From an uncultured bacterium (lineage in GTDB: Bacteria > Cyanobacteriota > Cyanobacteriia > Cyanobacteriales > JASJDA01): a stretch of 64,000 nucleotides of DNA. The DNA lies in the NCBI GenBank assembly GCA_964458305.1, contig CAYWIH010000004.1, forward strand, positions 10,844 through 74,843, in the 5' to 3' direction. Shown here piece by piece: positions 55,792 through 64,000 of the stretch. Position numbers and translations under genes: made by a program. Under the pieces are notes generated by a model. The model worked only from the letters and a program-made list of their open reading frames with translations. It ran no database searches and was not told the origin of the DNA. Position 1 is the first letter of the stretch; every line of letters starts with the position of its first letter.

Positions 55792-56943
55792 TTAATAAAT
55801 AGGTCTTATCGATTCTATTATGGCATTTACTGCTTGCAAGTTAGCATCAGGTTCGATAGTTTCTCGAGCGGCTAAAGCTAAATTTTCTTCAATTTGTTCG
55901 AGATTTTTATATTTATAAAATAGTCGGGATAGTAAATCTTCTAGGGTATAATTCTTCAATACTGACAAACATTGTTCTCGATCTTCAAAATTTTGCCCGA
56001 AAACGGTAGAGTAGAGAATATTTTTTGCTCTGAGGGGGTTGGTATATTGAATTATTTTTAATCGCAATTCAAAGAAATCATAATTTCGATCGCTAGGTAT
56101 TTCCCCGATCGCTTCTATTTCGTAATTTTCTGGAGCGTTAAAGGTTAATTCTTCTTTTTTATCTTCTACTTCAATTTCCTCGGCTTCAAAACTATTTTCC
56201 TGAGCCGATCGTGCAGCTTGTCTGACGGCTTCGATTTCTTTAGTATCTATCATTTGAGTCATTAAATGGGTTTCTTCGTCTGAATTATTATTGACTTGCT
56301 GATAGGTAATTGCTAGTTGGTCGAGCAAGGAATCTGCTAACAAAGAATATACTTCTTTTCTATTTAAGCTTTCTACTAAACGGTAAAGAGTTTGCTCGAG
56401 ATCTTCGAGCGAGCGATAATTTTGCCGTAATTTTAAGATTAAATCTTTAAGATCGTAACTTTCGATCTTGCTTAAATCGCTTTCCCAAGAGTTGTTATAA
56501 GCTGAAAAAATTAATTTTTTAAGTCTGTTTGATTGGCGGTGATTTTCGATCTCGCCAACCATTTTATTCAAGTAAATTCCGGGGATTATTTGCTTGGGAG
56601 TAATTTTTTTTTTAGGTCTGACTAAGATTCTGGTTGATTCTTCTTCTTCTGACTCGTTTAATCTCGATAAACTATCAATAATATCGTTAGCGATCTCGGC
56701 ATAAACTTCCTGACGATTTAGGCTTTCTACTATTTCATTTAGAGAGAGACTAATATTTTCTAGATCGTTAGCTTGAATGGTTTCTTGAATTAAATCCTTT
56801 AAAGCAAATCGATCGAGAATGTTAGAATCGTTTTCCCAACGGTCTTGAGAAATACAAAAAAATAGTTTCTTGATTCGTCTTGATTGTTCGTGTTGTTGTA
56901 AATCTAAAACAACTTCATCTAATAAATCCAATGAAAATCCCAT
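55792..56943 (-). CDS. hypothetical protein built from three copies of a ~90-aa helical module
   Basis: 383 aa. Modules at aa 6-95, 124-214 and 289-383 align (RRIKKLFFCIS..W / NRLKKLIFSAY..W / LRAKNILYSTV; LKDLI; ESLNRQEVYAEIANDIIDSL / ESLNRKEVYSLLADSLLDQL). The stop lies 7 nt before the pentapeptide gene's start. Confidence 0.75.
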   Translation of the reverse strand: MGFSLDLLDEVVLDLQQHEQSRRIKKLFFCISQDRWENDSNILDRFALKDLIQETIQANDLENISLSLNEIVESLNRQEVYAEIANDIIDSLSRLNESEEEESTRILVRPKKKITPKQIIPGIYLNKMVGEIENHRQSNRLKKLIFSAYNNSWESDLSKIESYDLKDLILKLRQNYRSLEDLEQTLYRLVESLNRKEVYSLLADSLLDQLAITYQQVNNNSDEETHLMTQMIDTKEIEAVRQAARSAQENSFEAEEIEVEDKKEELTFNAPENYEIEAIGEIPSDRNYDFFELRLKIIQYTNPLRAKNILYSTVFGQNFEDREQCLSVLKNYTLEDLLSRLFYKYKNLEQIEENLALAARETIEPDANLQAVNAIIESIRPIY

Positions 56944-57040
56944 AATTTATTGATAGATCTAATTTAAATTTTAAGGTTCGGCTACCTCGCACTCGAATTG
57001 TTTTTAAAGTGCTGAAGTAAAGGCTTTTATGTGATGCAAA

Positions 57041-57793
57041 TTACTGACTAAATTGAAGCCGATCGGGTAAAAACTCAGCTAAGCCTAAATAACTAATTCC
57101 AACAGTCGTAATTTGAAAACGGCAAGCTAATACTTCTACTCCTAGTTTGACCGCTTCACGTACTAGTTGTCCATAGATTGAATCGATAGTATCGGCAGGA
57201 GCAAAGGAAAAACAGTCGCCTCGATTGATAAAATAAAGCATAATGGCTTTATTTTCCGGTAGTATTGCCATTAATTCCCGGAGGTGTTTTTGTCCTCTAG
57301 TAGTGACGGTATCGGGAAATAAGGCTAAGCTATCTTCTGCTAGGGTAACGCTTTTAACTTCTAAATATATCGGCGGTTGGGAATCGTTGCTAGTTAAAAG
57401 AAAATCGATCCGACTTTTTTTGTCTTTACCGTAGGGAACTTCTCTTTTAATGCGATCGTATCTTTTTGCGAGTTGGGGAAAGATCTTTTTTTCTAGTGCT
57501 ATTTGAATTACTTTATTGGGTAATGCTGTATTTACTCCTACCCAGGTGGGTACGGTATCGTTGACTTCGATCGTCTCCCAGGTGTATGCTAGTTTGCGCT
57601 TGGGATTATTACTTTTCGATACCATGACTTTGCTTCCAGGTGTAGATACCCCGATCATCGGGCCGGTATTGGCACAATGAGCTGTAATAATCTCTCCAGT
57701 ATCTAATTTAATATCGGCTAAAAATCTTTTGTAGCGTTGGATCAGAGTGCCGGAAATTAAGGGAGGATATTGGTAAATTAGGTTTGAAGTCAT
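57041..57793 (-). CDS. sfsA: sugar fermentation stimulation protein A homolog (SfsA nuclease-fold protein)
   Basis: 250 aa with RYKRFLADIKLDTGEIITAHCANTGPM and DFLL...YLEVKSVTL. Confidence 0.9.
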   Translation of the reverse strand: MTSNLIYQYPPLISGTLIQRYKRFLADIKLDTGEIITAHCANTGPMIGVSTPGSKVMVSKSNNPKRKLAYTWETIEVNDTVPTWVGVNTALPNKVIQIALEKKIFPQLAKRYDRIKREVPYGKDKKSRIDFLLTSNDSQPPIYLEVKSVTLAEDSLALFPDTVTTRGQKHLRELMAILPENKAIMLYFINRGDCFSFAPADTIDSIYGQLVREAVKLGVEVLACRFQITTVGISYLGLAEFLPDRLQFSQ

Positions 57794-57814
57794 TGATTCG
57801 ATCGCGCCAAAAGT

Positions 57815-58213
57815 TTATCTTCTCTTATTTATCCATTCTTGGCAACGAGATGCGATCGCCGGGTATTGAATGGCTAATTTTGAAAGCACTTCTACCATTT
57901 TCGATCTTTCTTTAAAGGGATATACACCTAAATTTAAAGCTATCTGAATTTTCCTAATATCGTCTCCTTCTAATAACCATTGCTGGGTAGTCTTAATTAA
58001 AGCTGTCCCATTATCGTTAGTAGACCAAATAAGGATATCATACAGTTCGGCGATTAAATCCCAAGGATAATCTTGAGGAATATCTCGATACAATCTTTGT
58101 GCTAAGTCTTCCTCTCCATATTCTGCTACTAATTGGTCTACTAAATCGAAAATATCTTCGTTTTCATCCTCTTCTTCGGACAATAATGCTGCTAAAGTTT
58201 TCTTTAAAATCAT
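57815..58213 (-). CDS. acidic hypothetical protein
   Basis: 132 aa. Acidic N-terminus (EEEDENEDIFD). No motif recognised. 21 nt upstream of sfsA on the same strand. Confidence 0.55.
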   Translation of the reverse strand: MILKKTLAALLSEEEDENEDIFDLVDQLVAEYGEEDLAQRLYRDIPQDYPWDLIAELYDILIWSTNDNGTALIKTTQQWLLEGDDIRKIQIALNLGVYPFKERSKMVEVLSKLAIQYPAIASRCQEWINKRR

Positions 58214-58294
58214 TTTTCAAAAATTGAAGATTATTTAATTTCGATCGCCGAAGATGTCGAGGATAATAAACGAAACCCTTAACATCTAACTCCT

Positions 58295-59893
58295 GTGTCT
58301 GTCAACAAAAAAACTACTCGCAGTATTGCGGGAATTGCTGGTATTGTAGCCGCAGCTACTTTAATTAGTAAAGTATTTGGATTATTTAGAGAACAAGCGA
58401 TCGCGGCTACTTTTGGCGCGGGGGCGGTTGCTAACGCTTATACTTATGCTTATATTATTCCGGGTTTTTTGCTTATTTTACTCGGAGGAATTAACGGCCC
58501 GTTTCACAGTGCTTTAGTTAGCGTACTCTCGAAGCGAGATAAAAAAGAAGCAGCAGCTATTGTCGAGACTGTGACTACTTTAGTAACTGGGATATTGTTA
58601 TTAGTTTCGATCGTTTTAGTGTGGAAAGCCGATTTATTTATCGATCTCGTCGGGGCAGAATTAAGTTTACAACAAAAAGCGATCGCCACTCAACAATTAC
58701 AAATAATGGCCCCGATGGCCCTGTTAGCTGGTTTAATAGGGATAGGTTTTGGGACTCTCAACGCTGCTAATAGTTTTTGGTTGCCTAGTATTAGCCCGTT
58801 ATTTTCTAGTTTGGCGATTATTGTCAGTTTGAGTTTATTATTTTGGCAGCTAGAAGGAAATATAAATTCTGCGGAATACATTAAACAGGGTACGATATTT
58901 TTAGCTGGGGGAACTTTAGCTGGTGCAATTATACAGTGGTTGGCCCAATCGATCGCGGGGTGGCGATCGGGTTTGCTAAAGTTTCGTTTGCGTTTCGATC
59001 TGCAAAACCCAGGAGTTAAAGAAGTTTTACAAGTAATGATTCCGGCTACTTTTTCTTCTGGAATGTTACATATCAATCTTTATACGGATATGTGGTTTCT
59101 TTCTGCGATCGACAATGGGGGAATAGCGATCAGATATGCTAATTTTATTGCTTTAACTCCTTTAGGTATTATTTCTAATGCGATTTTAGTGCCTTTTTTA
59201 CCTGTATTTTCCCGACTGACTGCACCGGAAAATTGGCCGGAGTTAAAGTTACGCATTCGTCAGGGTATTTTATTAAGTGCTTTGACTATGTTACCTTTAA
59301 CTGCTATTTTTATTGCTTTGGCTAGCCCTATTGTCAGAATTATTTACGAAAGAGGTTCGTTTGATAATACGGATACTGCAACTGTCGCACCTGTTTTAAT
59401 GGCTTACGGTTTGGGGATGTTTTTTTATTTGGCAAGGGATGTTTTGGTTAGGGTATTCTATGCTTTAGGTGATGGTAATACTCCTTTTCGGATCGCTCTT
59501 GGCAATATTTTTCTTAATGCAGTGTTAGATTATTTTTTAGTAAAATATTTCGCTACTACAGGGGTTGTTTTTGCCACTATTGGCGTGAATATTGTTTCGA
59601 TGGTATTGATGTTATGGTTTTTAAATCGCCGACTTCATAGTTTACCTTTATTAGAATGGGTGAGGGCAATTTTTGGTTTGGCTGCTGCTAGTTTTGTAGC
59701 TGGTTTGGCTGGTTGGGGTTTAAATTTTGGTTGGGAAAGGTTTATAGGTACTGATAATTTTATTTTGCAATTTTTAAATTTGTCTTTTGCTGTGGCGATC
59801 GCTTTTATTGTTTTTATTTCTCTTGCTATTCTTTTAAAGTTACCGGAATTAGATCTTTTGGTTACTAGAATTAAAAAGAAGTTTGCTAAATAA
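58295..59893 (+). CDS. murJ: lipid II flippase MurJ (MviN)
   Basis: 532 aa with a GTG start and about 14 hydrophobic spans. N-terminal SKVFGLFREQAIAATFGAG and ARDVLVRVFYALGD motifs. Confidence 0.9.
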   Translation: MSVNKKTTRSIAGIAGIVAAATLISKVFGLFREQAIAATFGAGAVANAYTYAYIIPGFLLILLGGINGPFHSALVSVLSKRDKKEAAAIVETVTTLVTGILLLVSIVLVWKADLFIDLVGAELSLQQKAIATQQLQIMAPMALLAGLIGIGFGTLNAANSFWLPSISPLFSSLAIIVSLSLLFWQLEGNINSAEYIKQGTIFLAGGTLAGAIIQWLAQSIAGWRSGLLKFRLRFDLQNPGVKEVLQVMIPATFSSGMLHINLYTDMWFLSAIDNGGIAIRYANFIALTPLGIISNAILVPFLPVFSRLTAPENWPELKLRIRQGILLSALTMLPLTAIFIALASPIVRIIYERGSFDNTDTATVAPVLMAYGLGMFFYLARDVLVRVFYALGDGNTPFRIALGNIFLNAVLDYFLVKYFATTGVVFATIGVNIVSMVLMLWFLNRRLHSLPLLEWVRAIFGLAAASFVAGLAGWGLNFGWERFIGTDNFILQFLNLSFAVAIAFIVFISLAILLKLPELDLLVTRIKKKFAK

Positions 59894-59899
59894 TTTAAA

Positions 59900-60826
59900 T
59901 TAGCGATCTTCAAGAGAATCTATTTTTTGCTTAAAATTAGTCCAAGTAGTTTGATTCGGTCTGGTATCGTCGAGAGGTGGTGGACTTTTAAATTTAGGAT
60001 AATTAGCTTCTATTTCTCTTCTTAAGACTAAAGGTAGCTTATCCCAAGAATCTAAACCCATACCCGCTCCTTGAAACACCAGCATCCCAACTCGATCGCC
60101 CATTTTCATCCAAGGTAGCCATTGAGAAATACGCGTCCAACCAATAGTTACATCCCTAACCCGATCTAATCTACCACTTAATAATTGAGATTCGGGTAGA
60201 AAAAAACTAAACATTTCCATTGCGTGATAAGTTCCGCCAACATATTCTTGATAATCTCCCCCGAGCGGATTAGTGTAAAATAAAGGGATATTAAAACTAA
60301 CTATAACTTTATTATTTTTAATTGTTCCCTCAAACTGGGATGTTTTGCTGGCAAATCGAGGTCTCGAGTTAACCGGATCGTTAGCAACGTGAAATACTTC
60401 AACTTCTTTGTTCGTCCAAGGATTTTGCCAATTTCGCAAAATTTGACCGGTTTCGGGGTCAAGATAGAGCATTACTTCTCGCGAAACCATACGATAACCG
60501 TAAGCTTTATTCTCGTTAGTCAGAGTTACACAAGCTCTAACATTCGTACCCTGTATTTGAAAGAGTTTGCGATCTTTTTCTCCGGGTACGCGACTGTAAA
60601 CTTGCCCTTGCCACCAATAAATTACGGGTTCTCCGTCAACTAAAGAACAGAAGATTTTGCGATAAGCTTTAAGAACTGATTCGGGATTGTTAAGATCGAG
60701 CTTTTTTTCTCGAGCTTTAACCGATATATCTCCATAATTCCAGCAAATTACCAAAAATAGGGCAAAAAAACCTATCTTAGCCCCAGAAAGGGTAGGGCGA
60801 ATTTTGAGTAATTTTTGTAACAGCAC
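59900..60826 (-). CDS. conserved hypothetical secreted protein, possibly DUF1838 family
   Basis: 308 aa with an N-terminal hydrophobic anchor. The family assignment is from memory of the YWWQGQVY...PGE..R.LF...G.N pattern and is low-certainty. Confidence 0.5.
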   Translation of the reverse strand: MLLQKLLKIRPTLSGAKIGFFALFLVICWNYGDISVKAREKKLDLNNPESVLKAYRKIFCSLVDGEPVIYWWQGQVYSRVPGEKDRKLFQIQGTNVRACVTLTNENKAYGYRMVSREVMLYLDPETGQILRNWQNPWTNKEVEVFHVANDPVNSRPRFASKTSQFEGTIKNNKVIVSFNIPLFYTNPLGGDYQEYVGGTYHAMEMFSFFLPESQLLSGRLDRVRDVTIGWTRISQWLPWMKMGDRVGMLVFQGAGMGLDSWDKLPLVLRREIEANYPKFKSPPPLDDTRPNQTTWTNFKQKIDSLEDR

Positions 60827-61098
60827 TGACGATCGCCACGAATGAACTTTAATTATTATAAATGTAATTTGCTATTCATTAATATTAATATTAAAAATTT
60901 CTCGCTCTAACGCTCGAAAGTCGCAAGTTAAAAATATTTTTATTGTACTTAATAGTTGCAGATATTTTTTGCTTGGATTATATTTGATTCGATAAAGTTC
61001 GATCGATCTATTTTAATTTTACTCTAGTTTTTTTCTATACATTGCCTTGTATTTTTGTTTGTCATTTCTAGCCTAGATAAATATTATTCTTACTTTTT

Positions 61099-62550
61099 AT
61101 GAAATCAGCTATCTGCTCTAAAGTATTTTCTTTCTTAATCGTTTCTCTGCTTATTTTGCTCGGTTCTTGTCAAAAAGAAAAAATAACAATTGATGATAAC
61201 AATAAAATCTATAAAGATAAGATCGATCGCCCCGCTCCTTTGCCCCAAGACCCTCTAATTCAAGTTTATTTTAATCATAATATTTCTCAGGGAGTAAATT
61301 ATACAGATCCTTATCGTAAAATAACTCGCCCTGGAGATAATTTAGAAGCAATAATTATTAGAGAAATTGAAGCAGCTAAAAATAGTATCGAGCTGGCTGT
61401 ATTTGAATTAAACTTGCCTTTAATCGCTCGATCGCTCGTAAAAAAATCTCAAGAAGGTGTCGCAGTTAAAATTATCCTCGATCGCAGAAATGTTAAATCA
61501 TTTAGCCAGTTTTCTCCTCAAGAAATTGCCAAATTTTCTGCAAGAGAAAAAAATAAATATCGAGAATATCTTGCTTTAGTAGATTTAAATCGAGATGGTA
61601 AATTAAATAAAGAAGAAATCGAAACTAGAGATGCATTAATAATTTTACAAAATGGCAAAATTCCGATAATAGACAATACCGAAGACGGTTCTAAAGGAAG
61701 CAATTTAATGCACCAAAAATTTATAATCGTCGATAATAAAAAAATCGTCACAGGTTCGGCAAATTTTACTTTAAGTGGGATACATGGAGATTTTCAAAAC
61801 AGCGAAACTAGAGGAAATGTCAATAATTTATTGGTAATAGAAAGCGTGGAATTAGCTAATATATTTGCTGAAGAATTTAATCTGATGTGGGGAGACGGCC
61901 CGGAATTAACAGAAAATAGTATTTTTGGCAAGAAAAAACCCGATCGAAATCCTCAAGAAGTGAAAATAGGAGAGGCGAGCGTAACTGTTGATTTTTCGCC
62001 AATTTCCACCAAAAAGCCCTGGAATTCGAGCGGAAACGGTTTTATCGCTCAAAACTTAGAAAAAGCAGAATCGACCGTAAATTTAGCCTTATTTGTCTTT
62101 AGTTCCCAAAACCTAGCAGATCGTTTGGGGGTGGTTAACGATAGGGGAGTGGAAATTAAAGCATTGTTCGATCGCTCCTTTGCATTTCGTTACTATAGTG
62201 AAGGGTTAGATTTGCTCGGAGTAGGTCTGAGAAACAAAAAATGTCTTTACGAAAAAAATAATAACCCCTGGGTAGATCCTCTCAAAACCGCAGGAGTGGC
62301 AAAATTACCCCGAGGAGATAAATTACACCATAAATTCGCCATAATAGACCAGAAGATAGTTATAACCGGTTCTCAGAACTGGTCGGCAGCAGCCAATTAT
62401 AATAATGATGAAACTGTATTAGCGATCGCCTCTCCTACTGTGGCCGCACATTTTATTAGAGAATTTTCACGCTTATACGATAGTGCGGTTTTAGGAGTAC
62501 CAAAATATCTCGACAGGGCGATCGCAGCACAGGAGCGGAAATGTTCGTAA
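61099..62550 (+). CDS. phospholipase D-family lipoprotein (two HKD motifs) with an EF-hand-like insertion
   Basis: 483 aa. Lipobox LLGSC. HKD1 HQKFIIVDNKKIVTGSANFT, HKD2 HHKFAIIDQKIVITGSQNWS. EF-hand loop DLNRDGKLNKEE, encoded at 61582-61617. Confidence 0.85.
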   Translation: MKSAICSKVFSFLIVSLLILLGSCQKEKITIDDNNKIYKDKIDRPAPLPQDPLIQVYFNHNISQGVNYTDPYRKITRPGDNLEAIIIREIEAAKNSIELAVFELNLPLIARSLVKKSQEGVAVKIILDRRNVKSFSQFSPQEIAKFSAREKNKYREYLALVDLNRDGKLNKEEIETRDALIILQNGKIPIIDNTEDGSKGSNLMHQKFIIVDNKKIVTGSANFTLSGIHGDFQNSETRGNVNNLLVIESVELANIFAEEFNLMWGDGPELTENSIFGKKKPDRNPQEVKIGEASVTVDFSPISTKKPWNSSGNGFIAQNLEKAESTVNLALFVFSSQNLADRLGVVNDRGVEIKALFDRSFAFRYYSEGLDLLGVGLRNKKCLYEKNNNPWVDPLKTAGVAKLPRGDKLHHKFAIIDQKIVITGSQNWSAAANYNNDETVLAIASPTVAAHFIREFSRLYDSAVLGVPKYLDRAIAAQERKCS

Positions 62551-62599
62551 AATAAGACTAAAATAACCGCTCGATCGATCTTTATATAGGAAAAAGACC

Positions 62600-63301
62600 T
62601 TGGTTCCCATACACGACGAAAATCCTACTAAAATTACACCTTATATTACTTATATATTAATAATTATTAACGTTTTGGTTTTTTTATATCAAATTGGTTT
62701 GAGTAATGAAGGTTTAGAAAGTTTTTTCCATTTATATGCAGTCGTACCTAGAGAATTAACAGCAAGTTTTGAAGGAATCAGATTGAATCAATCCGTACCG
62801 GAATGGTTGACTTTGATAACTTCTCAATTTTTGCACGGTAGCTGGCTGCATTTAGGCGGAAATATGTTATTTTTATGGATTTTCGGCAATAATATTGAAG
62901 AAGAATTAGGTCGTTTTAAATATTTATTTTTTTACTTAACTTGCGGTGCTTTAGCAGCATTAACTCAATGGTTTTTCTCTTTTAATTCTGCCATTCCTGC
63001 TTTAGGTGCTAGCGGTGCGATCGCCGGAGTAATGGGGGCTTATATTATTCGCTTTCCGACCACAAAAATTTTGACTTTAATTCCTTTTTTTATTATTATT
63101 CCTGTTAGAATTCCCGCTTTTTTCTTCCTCGGTTTTTGGTTTTTACAGCAGGCTCTTTACAGCGTTCTCAGTTTGGACGTACCCAATAATATCGGTATGG
63201 AAAGTGGTGGAATTGCCTACTGGGCCCATGCTGGTGGTTTTGTATTTGGGGTGTTTTTAGCCCCCCTGCTTGGCTTATTTTCTACTTCAAATCGACGCTA
63301 A
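62600..63301 (+). CDS. rhomboid-family intramembrane serine protease
   Basis: 233 aa with a TTG start. HGSWLHLGGNMLFLW, catalytic GASGAIAGVMGAY and a C-terminal AHAGGF. Confidence 0.9.
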   Translation: MVPIHDENPTKITPYITYILIIINVLVFLYQIGLSNEGLESFFHLYAVVPRELTASFEGIRLNQSVPEWLTLITSQFLHGSWLHLGGNMLFLWIFGNNIEEELGRFKYLFFYLTCGALAALTQWFFSFNSAIPALGASGAIAGVMGAYIIRFPTTKILTLIPFFIIIPVRIPAFFFLGFWFLQQALYSVLSLDVPNNIGMESGGIAYWAHAGGFVFGVFLAPLLGLFSTSNRR

Positions 63302-63367
63302 TTTTTATTTTAAGATTAGACATTTTCAAGTATTATAATAAACAAGATCGCCAGCGCAGGATTGAGG

Positions 63368-64000
63368 ATGAATAAATTAGTCATTCTAGATTTATATGGA
63401 AATTTAGAACAGGGATTTAATGTAAGTCTAGAACTGGGTTGCGATCGCAATTATCGACCAGAAATAAAAGTAAAAGCTCAATTACCTCCAGCGCGAGAAT
63501 TAATTCAAAAATATCAAAATTGGTATCAAAGTTACTATCAAATCGGTGGCGCATCTTTAAGGATAAAAGCGAGAAATATTCAAATCAAAAATGTCAATAT
63601 CGAATCTAAAATAAAAGAATGCAAAGCAAGATCTGAAGAATTATTAATCTGTTTTAATGATTGGTTAAAGGCCAAATCTTTTGCCGCGATCGAAGCAGAA
63701 TGTTTGCAGCAATTAAAGCCAGAAGATAAAATTAGAATCGCGATCGGTACTTGCGATCTAACTGTGAAAAAATTGCCTTGGAATTACTGGAATTTATGGA
63801 AACAATATAACTATTGTGAAATAGGTTTAAATAGTAGCAGTAGAGCCTTAAAGACTAGAAAAAAAATTCGGGACGATCGCATTAGAATGTTAGCTATTTT
63901 TGGCAGCGATCGAGGAATAGATCTAGAAAAAGATCGCAAAAAAATCCAAGAATTTTGCAGCGATTCGCGCTCGGAAATAACTTTTTTAAACCAACCATCG
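63368..64000 (+). CDS. N-terminal part of a large multidomain protein (possibly a CHAT/caspase-fold family member); runs off the window end
   Basis: ATG at 63368, then 211 codons open to the window edge. MNKLVILDLYGNLEQGFNVSLELG...LPPARELIQKYQNWYQSYY...LPWNYWNLW...IRMLAIFGSDRGIDLEKDRKKIQEF resembles, from memory, N-termini that precede CHAT-type domains in filamentous cyanobacteria. Confidence 0.6.
   Translation, partial: MNKLVILDLYGNLEQGFNVSLELGCDRNYRPEIKVKAQLPPARELIQKYQNWYQSYYQIGGASLRIKARNIQIKNVNIESKIKECKARSEELLICFNDWLKAKSFAAIEAECLQQLKPEDKIRIAIGTCDLTVKKLPWNYWNLWKQYNYCEIGLNSSSRALKTRKKIRDDRIRMLAIFGSDRGIDLEKDRKKIQEFCSDSRSEITFLNQPS

Noticed and set aside
54970-55875. Three plus-strand ORFs (54970-55218, 55402-55635, 55651-55875) with repetitive Ala/Leu/Lys/Ser-rich products
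   Set aside because: They are the antisense reading of the pentapeptide-repeat gene. The periodicity of that gene keeps the opposite strand open by construction.
58504-59076. Minus-strand ORFs of 61 aa and 128 aa, and a 92-aa ORF at 59635-59913, overlapping murJ
   Set aside because: They are antisense to a polytopic membrane-protein gene with clear MurJ motifs. The 59635-59913 ORF would also collide with the DUF1838-like gene's end.

Overview
This is a cyanobacterial chromosomal segment: AT-rich by eye and saturated with the HIP1 octamer GCGATCGC and its CGATCG core. It is densely coding on both strands. I recognise no rRNA, tRNA, CRISPR array, transposase, integrase or phage genes. Most of the content is housekeeping: a giant TamB/Tic236-like protein, an NAD operon (pncB, nadD, Nudix-type regulator nrtR, nadE), crcB, gor, dacB, a GDSL esterase, aroQ, cinA, a WecA/MraY-family transferase, glyA, a Tic20-like protein, an FAH-family hydrolase, rpsF, murJ, sfsA, bcp/prxQ, a rhomboid protease, a PLD-family lipoprotein, an S8 peptidase and a GldF/GldG/DUF4340 ABC-2 module. 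Signalling genes are enriched in three places. At 16.8-22.4 kb there is a five-domain REC-wHTH-HPt-pseudoREC-REC protein, a GAF/PAS histidine kinase, a CheY-like receiver and a degenerate receiver paralog. At 24.6-30.4 kb there is a 1541-aa multi-PAS kinase with a divergent OmpR-type regulator. At 46.8-51.4 kb there are two adjacent GGDEF-type proteins. Beyond the ORF track I call: an SRP RNA (ffs, about 14453-14547, minus strand); two tandem promoter-to-terminator units that look like paralogous ~70-nt sRNAs (30387-30889); a ~300-nt structured non-coding stretch ending in a strong intrinsic terminator next to pncB; a 25-bp palindrome over the pncB -10 box (candidate NrtR operator); a dispersed palindrome-plus-heptamer repeat family with three copies; and two edge-truncated CDSs. 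The tandem sRNA-like pair is the most novel-looking element. I see no clear multi-gene defence or mobile system. All functional calls come from motif recognition by eye; no database search or folding computation was run.
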